Source of the DNA: an uncultured archaeon | GTDB lineage: Archaea; Asgardarchaeota; Lokiarchaeia; Sigyniarchaeales; SOKP01 | DNA: 16,504 nt | Reading direction: 5' to 3' | Assembly: GCA_964525635.1 (NCBI GenBank) | Contig: CAZGJX010000093.1 | Span: 1 to 16,504, forward strand | In this document: piece by piece, positions 8,808 through 16,504 of the stretch | Layout: every line of letters starts with the position of its first letter | How positions within the stretch are numbered: position 1 is the stretch's first letter | Notes under the pieces: generated by a model | What the model saw: only the letters and a program-made list of their open reading frames with translations | What the model was told of the DNA's origin: nothing | The model's database searches: none | Translations under genes and position numbers: made by a program

Positions 8808-9000
8808 AATGAGAAATATTATTTGAACTACCATTCCCTAAAGGAAATGGATTCATAGTCCCTAAGACTCCATGAGAACCTTAGACACTACAGGATAGTT
8901 CTCTATCCCTATATCATCAATGTGATGATCATAAACATATTTATCTAATATATTCATACACCCTACAATGTCCCTATCTTGCTTATATCCACAATAGCGA
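8803..9000 (-). ncRNA. Predicted TnpB omegaRNA/reRNA; 5' boundary is a guess; guide approximately AUAAUAUUUCUCAUUUUAUU
   Basis: Established TnpB architecture: scaffold from the tnpB 3' end and right end, guide from the flank beyond TCAA. Confidence 0.5.
8823..8854 (-). other. IS605 right end: GAAT guide, hairpin, TCAA cleavage site
   Basis: 9-bp stem (one G-T pair) at 8831-8839/8842-8850; TTGA at 8823-8826 on +. Confidence 0.85.
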
Positions 9001-10112
9001 CATCGAAAGGTTCTATCGCTTGGAACAACCTTCTTCTTACAGATAGGACATGTAGTAGAGGTATGTGATTCATCAATTAGAATTAATTTGATTTCAAATT
9101 CCTCACATTTATTGCGTATCTTCTTAAGAAAGAGATGATAAGACCAGAAATTTTGTATCATCTTATTAATCTTTTTCTTATTACGATAATAAGGAGGGAT
9201 TTGGGAAGTTCTAATTCCCTTTAGATCTCCAAGAATAAGCGCAGAAACATGATAGTGCTGCAATTTTCTAAATAAATGAGCAAGAATATTATTTAGGTAA
9301 TTGATAAGCTGTTGTTTTCTTTTAAGATAGAGTCTTCTTATTCTATGGGTGCTATATCGATTATTATCTGTTTTTGCGATTGCTTGATAATATGCAATCT
9401 TTTTCGAAATCCTAAGATAGTTTTCAAAGATATGTTCTGATTCATAAAGAAGACAAACATCCTTAGAATTTTTAATATAAGCTGTTATGTATCTCTTAAT
9501 TCCCATATCAATGGAACAGAGATTATGGTCTTCAGTTTGGAATGGTGTTGGGAATACTTCTTCAACCTGATAAGCATAAAATTTCTTACTATAGGCAAAA
9601 TATTTAATTTCCATAGTTTTCTTACCACCTTTCCATCGCCTTATTCCATTATATTTTATTTTAAGCAATCCTTTAATTCTATTTGCTTTTTTTAGGTCTT
9701 TTGAGCTTGAGATATATATATAGTTAGCATCAATTCGATAGCAATCGTTCCTACAAATCAGTAATTTAGGAAGTGTTTGATTGGTCTTGTAATTCTTATA
9801 ATAGGAGGGAATTGAAACTTTATGTTCTATTTTCTCAGAAGTAAGGGAGTTCCAAAAAGATTGCCATGAAGAATGTAATTTCTTTAGAATTTGTTGAGAA
9901 TAGGCACTTCCTAAGGAGGAATAAAGTTCATGAGTTTTTAAATCTTCACATAATTGAAAATAGGAGGGAATTTTCCTATCTTTTTTAAATAATGCCCGTC
10001 GTTTTTGATAATTACCCACGTTCCAAAGAGCACTGCTCCTTACTAACATCTCTTTTAGAATTTTTCCTTGTTGTTTTGTTGGTTTCAGTTCTAAGATATT
10101 AGTCCGAAGCAT
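8862..10112 (-). CDS. tnpB: RNA-guided endonuclease TnpB
   Basis: N-terminal LRTNILELKPT..LWN; RuvC-I SIDMG; RuvC-II ILGDL with downstream IDESHTS; Zn finger CPIC/CRYC; RuvC-III DRDIVGCMNI. Confidence 0.95.
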   Translation of the reverse strand: MLRTNILELKPTKQQGKILKEMLVRSSALWNVGNYQKRRALFKKDRKIPSYFQLCEDLKTHELYSSLGSAYSQQILKKLHSSWQSFWNSLTSEKIEHKVSIPSYYKNYKTNQTLPKLLICRNDCYRIDANYIYISSSKDLKKANRIKGLLKIKYNGIRRWKGGKKTMEIKYFAYSKKFYAYQVEEVFPTPFQTEDHNLCSIDMGIKRYITAYIKNSKDVCLLYESEHIFENYLRISKKIAYYQAIAKTDNNRYSTHRIRRLYLKRKQQLINYLNNILAHLFRKLQHYHVSALILGDLKGIRTSQIPPYYRNKKKINKMIQNFWSYHLFLKKIRNKCEEFEIKLILIDESHTSTTCPICKKKVVPSDRTFRCRYCGYKQDRDIVGCMNILDKYVYDHHIDDIGIENYPVVSKVLMES

Positions 10113-10192
10113 TATAAGAAAGAAGGTTAGATTTGTATTTAAAAAGAAAGACAGAATAGATTTAATAAAATATGTTTATAAAAGCATTCATA

Positions 10193-10233
10193 CATGTCCT
10201 AAAGGACATGGCTTTCTGCTTTAATTATGGTAA
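10193..10233 (-). other. IS605 left end: TTAC target, AAAG guide, hairpin
   Basis: Perfect 8-bp stem CATGTCCT/AGGACATG at 10193-10210; CTTT at 10212-10215; GTAA at 10230-10233 on +. Confidence 0.85.
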
Positions 10234-10424
10234 AATAATAGTATTCAACATATAAAGAATTAGATTGGATTTTTTCTGTTGTTTTTTATAAAATAATAAT
10301 ATTCTGCAACAATCTATTAGGGTAATTCTATTCATTATTATGTCTTATTTTTTAAAATAGCTATTATTAGGTTAAATTACAACAATTTCTCCTGATAATT
10401 AAAATCTCTTTTAGTTTATATGTT

Positions 10425-11304
10425 TTAATCAAGATAATGTCGATAAATAATATCTATGATGTAAAAAAGGGAAAGAACAAGAATAAAAATAAACTCCATG
10501 ATCATTTCAGGACCAGTACCATATAGGATGATATCAATTAAAAATCCTATTATAGTTAAAATAATAGGTATAAGAAGTAATCTAAAAACAAGATGACGAA
10601 CAGAAATTTTATGTAATCTCTCTCGTTTGAAGCGAATAATAATCATGCTAAAAAGTAAGCCTATTATAATTAACAACCATAATATAACAGTAAATAACTT
10701 TATAGATATATTAATAACGTTATTGTGAAAAACAGAGAAAAAAAATAAAAAAACTTAACAAAATAGGAGCTAAATATAAAACTAAATACAGTTTATTAAA
10801 TGATATAAACGATTTTAGTTCATCTTTTTCATTTCTATTCCATCTTTTTTCTTTATAGATTTTATTTTCTATAAGTATCTTCTTGAATTCATTATAATCT
10901 TGATCATTTAAGAATTTAATTTTAAGACAAAAATTGACAAGTACAATAGTTGATTTATATTTATAATCGATTATAAAATCATATTCCGATTTTAAATCAA
11001 TCGATAAGATGAAATTATCCAGATGGAAACCATCATTTAAGAAATCCGCTTCTTTGCGACGTATTTCCTCGAAATTTAATCCTATGCAGAAATATCTTTT
11101 ATTTGTGAGTACATGATGATATTGAAAAGATATTTTTTCTGTTTCTGGATCTATTGTAAAAATATTGTTTGGTAGTTGAGTGATATCATGAATCTGGTGA
11201 ACGTCATATTTATTAAGAATATTCACAAACTTTTCTCTATAAATCCATAGAATCTTCTCGTCTTTCTTTAAATGTATGTTTTCTAAATTAATTTCTTCAG
11301 TCAT
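10425..11304 (-). pseudogene. Single membrane protein gene (PH-like N-terminal domain + ~4 TM) split by a 1-nt frameshift in a T7-A-T8 tract
   Basis: Removing one T at 10738-10753 joins ORF 10720..11304 to ORF 10425..10676 through an open linker (FSVFHNNVINISIKLFTVILWLLIIIG), giving ~292 aa; LKKDEKILW...VLTNKRY resembles a bPH-type start. Confidence 0.7.
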
Positions 11305-11684
11305 AGTGTAAGAATTAAAGATTTAATATAAAAATATATTGATAATGTACTTACATTCTTTTTAAATCTTATTTTATTATTTTTAGCAATACTATATTTG
11401 AAATTATTTGTAATTATAATTTAATAATCTCTTTTTTCAAATAATTAACTTAAATTTTAAGGGAAAATAATCAACCTGATTGTTAGATTAGTTTCTTTTC
11501 TATCATTTTATTTCTAATGAATTTTTTAAAGGATAAAATAGAGTAAATATTAATATAAACATGATTTAATATATCTTAATAATCCAATTTTAAAGTAAAT
11601 AGTAATAAATTTAGAAAAGAAGTTCAAATATAAATATTAAACAAGAGAATTTTAAAGTAAAAATAGAATTGAATTGCGATTTAA

Positions 11685-11717
<33 letters not shown>

Positions 11718-11807
11718 TACATAAATTTAGCAATTAGATAACCTTCTGAAAAGAAAATGGATAACTATAATAAATAACTAAACGATTATAAAGTGAATTA
11801 ATCAATT

Positions 11808-14072
11808 ATGGACAAATCTTATTTGAAATATTATTGCATTATTGGTCTTTCATGTCTTTTAATGTTATTCACTCTTCAAATTAGAGCTTTTATCCCAAAT
11901 CGAAATCTTAAATCAAATACCATTGAGTTTTATAGATTAGATTGCGTATCGGATGGATTTAACAATAGTTTTTGGAACAATGAAAGGAGTCAAGCTGCCG
12001 TTATTGATATTGATAACAATGGTACTATTCATGTTGTATGGCAGGATAATTCATTTGGTACTTGGGGGGGTAGTTATCCTGATTCTGAAATAATGTATAC
12101 CTCTTATAAAGAAGGGTTTGGATGGTCAAATATAACAATCATCTCAGATGGATATAATGGTTATTATTGGAATGATCAGGTAAGTACCGACCCAGATATT
12201 TCTGTTGATAATTCTGGTACTATTCATGTTGTCTGGCAGGACAATACTAATGGTGTTTGGGGTACTGATGGTGAGATTATGTATGTAAACTATACTGATG
12301 GATTAGGATGGTCTAATGTAACAGTAATCTCAGATGGATATCTTGGATATTATTGGAACGACCTCGGTAGTAATTCCCCTTCCATAGCTGTTGATAATTC
12401 TGGTACTATTCATGTTGTCTGGAGCGATAATTCAAGGGGTATTTGGGGAGGTAATGGTGATCCTGAAATAATGTATGTATCTTATACTGAGGGATTAGGA
12501 TGGTCTAATGCAACAGTTATTTCAGATGGGTATAATGGATATTATTGGAATGATGAATTTTGTGATAATCCTTCCATATCTATTGATAATTCTGGAAATA
12601 TTCATGTTGTCTGGGAGGATTATACTGTTGGTATTTGGGGTGGAGGATCAGATGATTCAGAAATAATGTATGTTTTTTATACAGATGGATTAGGATGGTC
12701 AAATGCAACAGTTATCTCAGATGGGTATAATGGATATTATTGGAATGATGATTTAAGTGGTGGTGCTAATCTTGCTGTTGATAATAATGGAACTATACAT
12801 GTGGTATGGTATGAAACTACAGATGGTATTTGGGGAGCAGATTCAGAGTGTATGTATGTCAATTGTAAAGAAGGAATAGGGTGGGCAAATATAACGGTTA
12901 TCTCAGATGGGTATAATGGATATTATTGGAATGATGGATCTAGTGGTGGAGGTTGTATTGCTATTGATAAGAATGGTACTATTCATGTGGTATGGTCAGA
13001 TTTAACAGAGGGTATTTGGGGCGGAGGCAGTGATGATCAAGAAATAATGTATGTTTATTATACAGAAAGAGAAGGTTGGTCTAATGTTTCTATTGTTTCG
13101 GATGATGAAACAGGATGGAATAATGGAAATAGTTATATTAATGATATAGCTATTGATTCTGAAGGAAACATTTATGCCATTTGGGAGGAGAATACAGATG
13201 GTGTTTGGGGAAATGATTCAGAGATTATGTTTACCTCTTTTATTCATACTAGCTTTATAATTTCTTTAAAATCAGATTTTACTAATACATATCTAATAAT
13301 TAGTATCTCCATCTTATGTTGCATTGCAGTTTTCTTATTTTTGGATAAAGATTCTAAAAAAAAAAATAAAAATTTCCGTAAAAAAATTTTAATTTATATT
13401 TGCAATCTTTCTTTAGCAACATCACTTATCATTCTTCAGACTCACCAAATTGATAACAATGCGAAGAGAGGAATTAATTTATCAAAAGATCCCCTCAATT
13501 ATTTACTTCCTTATATCCTGCTTATATTTGCACTTTTAATTTTACTATTAATTTCTCTTTCTTTGGTTATTTCACTACAAGAATATAAATCATATCTAAG
13601 AATGAAAAACCAAGAAATTATATCTCATAGACAATTGAATTTGGAGAAAATTTTTGAAAATAAAAGTCGGCAAAAGATAATCAAAACAATCTTATCAAAT
13701 CCCGGGATTCATTTTCAAGAATTACTAAGAGAATGTCAATTACAACGAGGTCAATTACAATGGCATTTGAAAGTTTTATTAGAATATAAAATAATAAAAA
13801 AAAAAGAAATAGGACAATACATATCATTTTTCTCCCGATTTGATAATGTAGAATCAGTTAAATATAATCAACTTTTTTTGAAATCAGAAAAAAGATTAGA
13901 AATATTAGATTTAGTAGAAGAATTTCCAGGAATAACACCCTCTATATTAGCAAATAAATTAGATTTAAAAATGAGTACTATTCTTTATCATATCAAGAAA
14001 TTAGAGAATAGAAATTTGATTAATTCTCAAAAAGAAGGGCGTGAATTAAAAATTCATTTAGCTGATTTATGA
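11808..14072 (+). CDS. One-component membrane receptor/regulator: signal/TM, extracellular 7-bladed beta-propeller, 3 TM helices, cytoplasmic tandem wHTH
   Basis: Seven repeats of D..G.IHVVW.D...G.WG..D.EIMY..Y..G.GWSN.T.ISDGYNGYYWND; three hydrophobic segments; SRQKIIKTILSNPGIHFQELL..GQLQWHLKVL and KRLEILDLVEEFPGIT..LA..L....STILYHIKKL. Confidence 0.85.
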   Translation: MDKSYLKYYCIIGLSCLLMLFTLQIRAFIPNRNLKSNTIEFYRLDCVSDGFNNSFWNNERSQAAVIDIDNNGTIHVVWQDNSFGTWGGSYPDSEIMYTSYKEGFGWSNITIISDGYNGYYWNDQVSTDPDISVDNSGTIHVVWQDNTNGVWGTDGEIMYVNYTDGLGWSNVTVISDGYLGYYWNDLGSNSPSIAVDNSGTIHVVWSDNSRGIWGGNGDPEIMYVSYTEGLGWSNATVISDGYNGYYWNDEFCDNPSISIDNSGNIHVVWEDYTVGIWGGGSDDSEIMYVFYTDGLGWSNATVISDGYNGYYWNDDLSGGANLAVDNNGTIHVVWYETTDGIWGADSECMYVNCKEGIGWANITVISDGYNGYYWNDGSSGGGCIAIDKNGTIHVVWSDLTEGIWGGGSDDQEIMYVYYTEREGWSNVSIVSDDETGWNNGNSYINDIAIDSEGNIYAIWEENTDGVWGNDSEIMFTSFIHTSFIISLKSDFTNTYLIISISILCCIAVFLFLDKDSKKKNKNFRKKILIYICNLSLATSLIILQTHQIDNNAKRGINLSKDPLNYLLPYILLIFALLILLLISLSLVISLQEYKSYLRMKNQEIISHRQLNLEKIFENKSRQKIIKTILSNPGIHFQELLRECQLQRGQLQWHLKVLLEYKIIKKKEIGQYISFFSRFDNVESVKYNQLFLKSEKRLEILDLVEEFPGITPSILANKLDLKMSTILYHIKKLENRNLINSQKEGRELKIHLADL
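11940..13241 (+). repeat. Intragenic ~186-195-nt tandem repeats (propeller blades)
   Basis: GTTATCTCAGATGGGTATAATGGATATTATTGGAATGATG is identical at 12711-12750 and 12897-12936, with 1 mismatch at 12516-12555. Confidence 0.9.
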
Positions 14073-14079
14073 GTAATTG

Positions 14080-14131
14080 AAAAATACCTAGAAAAGTGTA
14101 CCTTATCTTTTATAAATGACTTTGTTTTTTT
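14080..14131 (+). repeat. Direct repeat copy 1 (promoter cassette containing TTTTATAAA)
   Basis: 50/52 identical to 14504-14555. Confidence 0.9.
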
Positions 14132-14171
14132 TTTAGCTTAAGCCCCTAAAAGGATAAAAATGTGATGAAAA

Positions 14172-14313
14172 ATGTGGAAACAAAAATTTAAAAAAAAATA
14201 CTGCTAAAATGTTTTTAGCTTTATTGATACTTCATTATTGTATAACTTTAGTCCTGATGGGTTTATATACTAACATCTGTAATTTATTATTAAAAATTAT
14301 AGATAACAAATGA
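14172..14313 (+). pseudogene. Relic gene start (signal-peptide-like), paralogous to the 14615 gene and frameshifted in an A9 tract
   Basis: With A9 (14190-14198) read as A8 it gives MWKQKFKKNTAKMFLALLILHYCITLVLMG..., versus MRKQKNNKLIAKVFIAVFII at 14615. Confidence 0.6.
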
Positions 14314-14503
14314 GGAAAAATGCGAAATCCAAAAATTGTAAACATTAATTATCCAACTTTTTTTAAATGATATTTAATATATGAAATTTCATTAAATTAA
14401 AATCTGGGGAAAATAACCAACCTGATCTTTTATAAATAGATCATGAATTAACTACATTCAATAAAATTAAGGAGATATTTATAGTAAATGAGGATAGATT
14501 TTT

Positions 14504-14555
14504 AAAAATACCTAGAAAAGTGTACCTCATCTTTTATAAATGATTTTGTTTTTTT
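14504..14555 (+). promoter_or_regulatory. Direct repeat copy 2; probable promoter (TATA TTTTATAAA at 14532-14540) of the 14615 gene
   Basis: Conserved in both copies, each upstream of a homologous start-codon region. Confidence 0.65.
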
Positions 14556-14563
14556 CCTCCTTA

Positions 14564-14578
14564 AACCCTTGAAGGGTT
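14564..14578. promoter_or_regulatory. Perfect 7-1-7 palindrome AACCCTT-G-AAGGGTT, candidate operator
   Basis: Lies ~24 nt downstream of the TATA box, near the expected transcription start. Confidence 0.45.
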
Positions 14579-14614
14579 AATAAAATAAAAATAAAATTAT
14601 AAAAATGATTAAAA

Positions 14615-16504
14615 ATGCGAAAACAAAAAAATAATAAATTAATTGCAAAAGTGTTTATTGCTGTATTTATAATCAATACCGTTTTTATTCTTGGATTTAC
14701 TTCTAATTCTTTAGCAACAACAACACTTTCAGTCGAAGCCTCTCCTGATGAGGTCTATATATATGAGTGTATTGCAATTTCATGGGAAACTGAGACACTA
14801 CCAAGTCCAGGTGGTGATTCATCATATGGAGGGTACTATTCAAAACTTTATAAAAGCATTAATGGTGAATATTGGCAATATGTAGCAAAAATTAATGGTT
14901 TAGGAGATCAAATATATAATTATCAACCAAATGAAATAGGAGATCATCGCTTTAAAATAGAAGAATACGCAAGTAAAATATACTATCCAGGAGGATCTTC
15001 AAATATATCTCCTGAATTTGTTGGAACCGGAATAAGCAATACAGTTCAGGTAAATTGTTTACCCTCAGTAACAACAAAAGAACTTATTGTTAGTTGTGAT
15101 TCAGATGAAGTTTGTATATATGGTGATATTAATATCTTATGGGATCCAGAAACACTTCCAAATCCAGACCCTTACATATCTTATGGGGGATATTATTCTG
15201 AAATTTATATGAGTACTGATAATGGACAATCATGGCAATTTTTAACTAAAATTGATGGATTGGAAACTAATGTATATAATTATCAAACATATGAAATAGG
15301 AAATTATCTCTTTTTGGTAAAGGAATATGTTAGTAAATTATTATATCCGGGAGGATCTTCAAACATACCTCTTGAATTGGTTGGAATAGGAACGAGTAAT
15401 ACTGTTCAGGTAAATAGCTTTCCTTTATCAATAACACCTCTCACTATTAATTCTACTTCTAAAGATGTGTATATAAATGATTATATTTCTCTCTCATGGG
15501 AAACAGAGACATTTCCAAGTCCAAGTTCAGACCCAGATGATTATATATCTTACGGAGAATATTATTCTAATCTTTATATGAGTAATAATAATGGACAATC
15601 ATGGGAATATATCGCAAAAATTGATGGTTTAGGAAATCAGATATATAGCTATCAACCAAATGAAATAGGATTTCACCTTTTTATGGTAAAGGAATTTGCT
15701 AGTGAAATATTATTCCCTGGAGGATCTTCAAATATCTCCCCTCAATTAGTAGGAATAGGAATTAGTAAAAAATCTGTTATTGTATTTAATATGCATACAA
15801 CCCCAGATTTTATAGATTATTCTACGTTAACAAATAATGATTCTGTTCGAGAAGTTACCTTATCATGGAATGTAGAAGATTTAGGGTATGATGACCACTA
15901 CAGTAAAATTTATCAACAAATAAATAGTTTAGGTTGGGAAGAAATAGATGATATTTCTGGAACTGGACAAAAATCTACAAATATTCCCTTAGATAAAGCT
16001 GGTGAAACCATTTTTAAAGTAGTTAAATGTGGACATAATGATGGTTCTGGTGGAGATAACATAATAGGAGAAGAACTAAGCAATATAGTAGATGTAACTG
16101 GTATCAATAAGTATGCTATAATTGTTTCAGGTTCAAATATAGAGTATGATCCCTCTCTACCAATTTATATTGGAATTGGGTCAGGTAGTGTATGGGATAG
16201 TACAGCTCACAGATATATTTACACAGGGAGGGCTAGTATTAACCTTATAGAGATGGCATTGGAATTTATCAACCCAGATATTCCTCAAATACCAAGTAAT
16301 TTAAGAAATTTCGATGCAATTCAATTTGCTAAAACACTTGTAGAAAATTATTATTACTCTATAGAAAACACATTTTTATTGATGAATCCAACAGTAGATT
16401 ATCGCGAGGAAGTATTGGATATATATCTTGGAAATTACACTGGAGATTATATTCCTGCTTCCATAGAAAATCTTAATTCAACATTTCATTATGTTAGCAC
16501 TCAT
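14615..16504 (+). CDS. Large secreted protein (partial, at least 630 aa): signal peptide, 3 similar + 1 divergent FN3/Ig-like repeats, start of a probable clan CD (caspase/C13-like) peptidase domain
   Basis: Frame +2 is open from ATG 14615 to the window end (absent from the ORF track). Signal MRKQKNNKLIAKVFIAVFIINTVFILGFTSNSLA; repeats SWETET.P.P...SYG.YYS.LY.S.NG..W.Y..KI.GL...Y.YQP.EIG...F...E..S...PGGSSNI; KYAIIVSG...NFDAIQFAKTL...ENTFLL...ASIENLNSTF from 16109. Confidence 0.88.
   Translation, partial: MRKQKNNKLIAKVFIAVFIINTVFILGFTSNSLATTTLSVEASPDEVYIYECIAISWETETLPSPGGDSSYGGYYSKLYKSINGEYWQYVAKINGLGDQIYNYQPNEIGDHRFKIEEYASKIYYPGGSSNISPEFVGTGISNTVQVNCLPSVTTKELIVSCDSDEVCIYGDINILWDPETLPNPDPYISYGGYYSEIYMSTDNGQSWQFLTKIDGLETNVYNYQTYEIGNYLFLVKEYVSKLLYPGGSSNIPLELVGIGTSNTVQVNSFPLSITPLTINSTSKDVYINDYISLSWETETFPSPSSDPDDYISYGEYYSNLYMSNNNGQSWEYIAKIDGLGNQIYSYQPNEIGFHLFMVKEFASEILFPGGSSNISPQLVGIGISKKSVIVFNMHTTPDFIDYSTLTNNDSVREVTLSWNVEDLGYDDHYSKIYQQINSLGWEEIDDISGTGQKSTNIPLDKAGETIFKVVKCGHNDGSGGDNIIGEELSNIVDVTGINKYAIIVSGSNIEYDPSLPIYIGIGSGSVWDSTAHRYIYTGRASINLIEMALEFINPDIPQIPSNLRNFDAIQFAKTLVENYYYSIENTFLLMNPTVDYREEVLDIYLGNYTGDYIPASIENLNSTFHYVSTH

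Larger units (their letters stand above)
8823..10229 (-). mobile_element. Non-autonomous IS200/IS605-family element (tnpB only, IS1341-like), 1,407 bp
   Basis: On the - strand, left end TTAC|CATAATTAAAGCAG-AAAG-C-CATGTCCT-TT-AGGACATG and right end GAAT-CCATTTCCT-TT-AGGGAATGG-TAGT-TCAA|; same guide/cleavage tetranucleotides as IS608; no tnpA. Confidence 0.9.

Noticed and set aside
11940-13241. CRISPR array or diversity-generating retroelement
   Set aside because: Repeats are in-frame protein blades; no cas or reverse transcriptase gene and no template/variable repeat pair with adenine-only differences seen
14070-14072. Genome-wide UGA reassignment
   Set aside because: TGA ends the 754-aa gene at a natural wHTH end, and the Trp-rich long ORFs contain no in-frame TGA
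15913-16107. 64-aa - strand ORF
   Set aside because: Antisense shadow of the 14615 gene

Overview
Very AT-rich window whose gene content suggests an Asgard archaeon (Lokiarchaeia/Promethearchaeota); this is inferred from a TM-longin fusion, tandem wHTH regulators, a CxxC..CxH zinc domain, TATA boxes and oligo-T terminators. Left to right: two hypothetical genes, a decayed inverted-repeat-bounded element, a TM1410/GH114-like glycosidase, a 7TM-longin + wHTH operon, and a minimal aRF1/eRF1-like release factor. The ORF track truncates the release factor: it runs 6360-5701, has one in-frame TGA at codon 53, and carries GGFSQ instead of GGQ. Next come a GH16-FN3-CBM32-dockerin glucanase, a complete 1,407-bp tnpB-only IS605-group element (IS608-type ends, Fanzor-like rearranged RuvC-II), a homopolymer-frameshifted membrane gene and a 7-bladed beta-propeller/TM/double-wHTH one-component receptor. 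The window ends with repeated promoter/gene-start cassettes and a large secreted protein missing from the ORF track (14615->16504; FN3/Ig-like repeats, probably followed by a clan CD peptidase domain). The stop-interrupted minimal release factor is the best candidate for an undescribed system.
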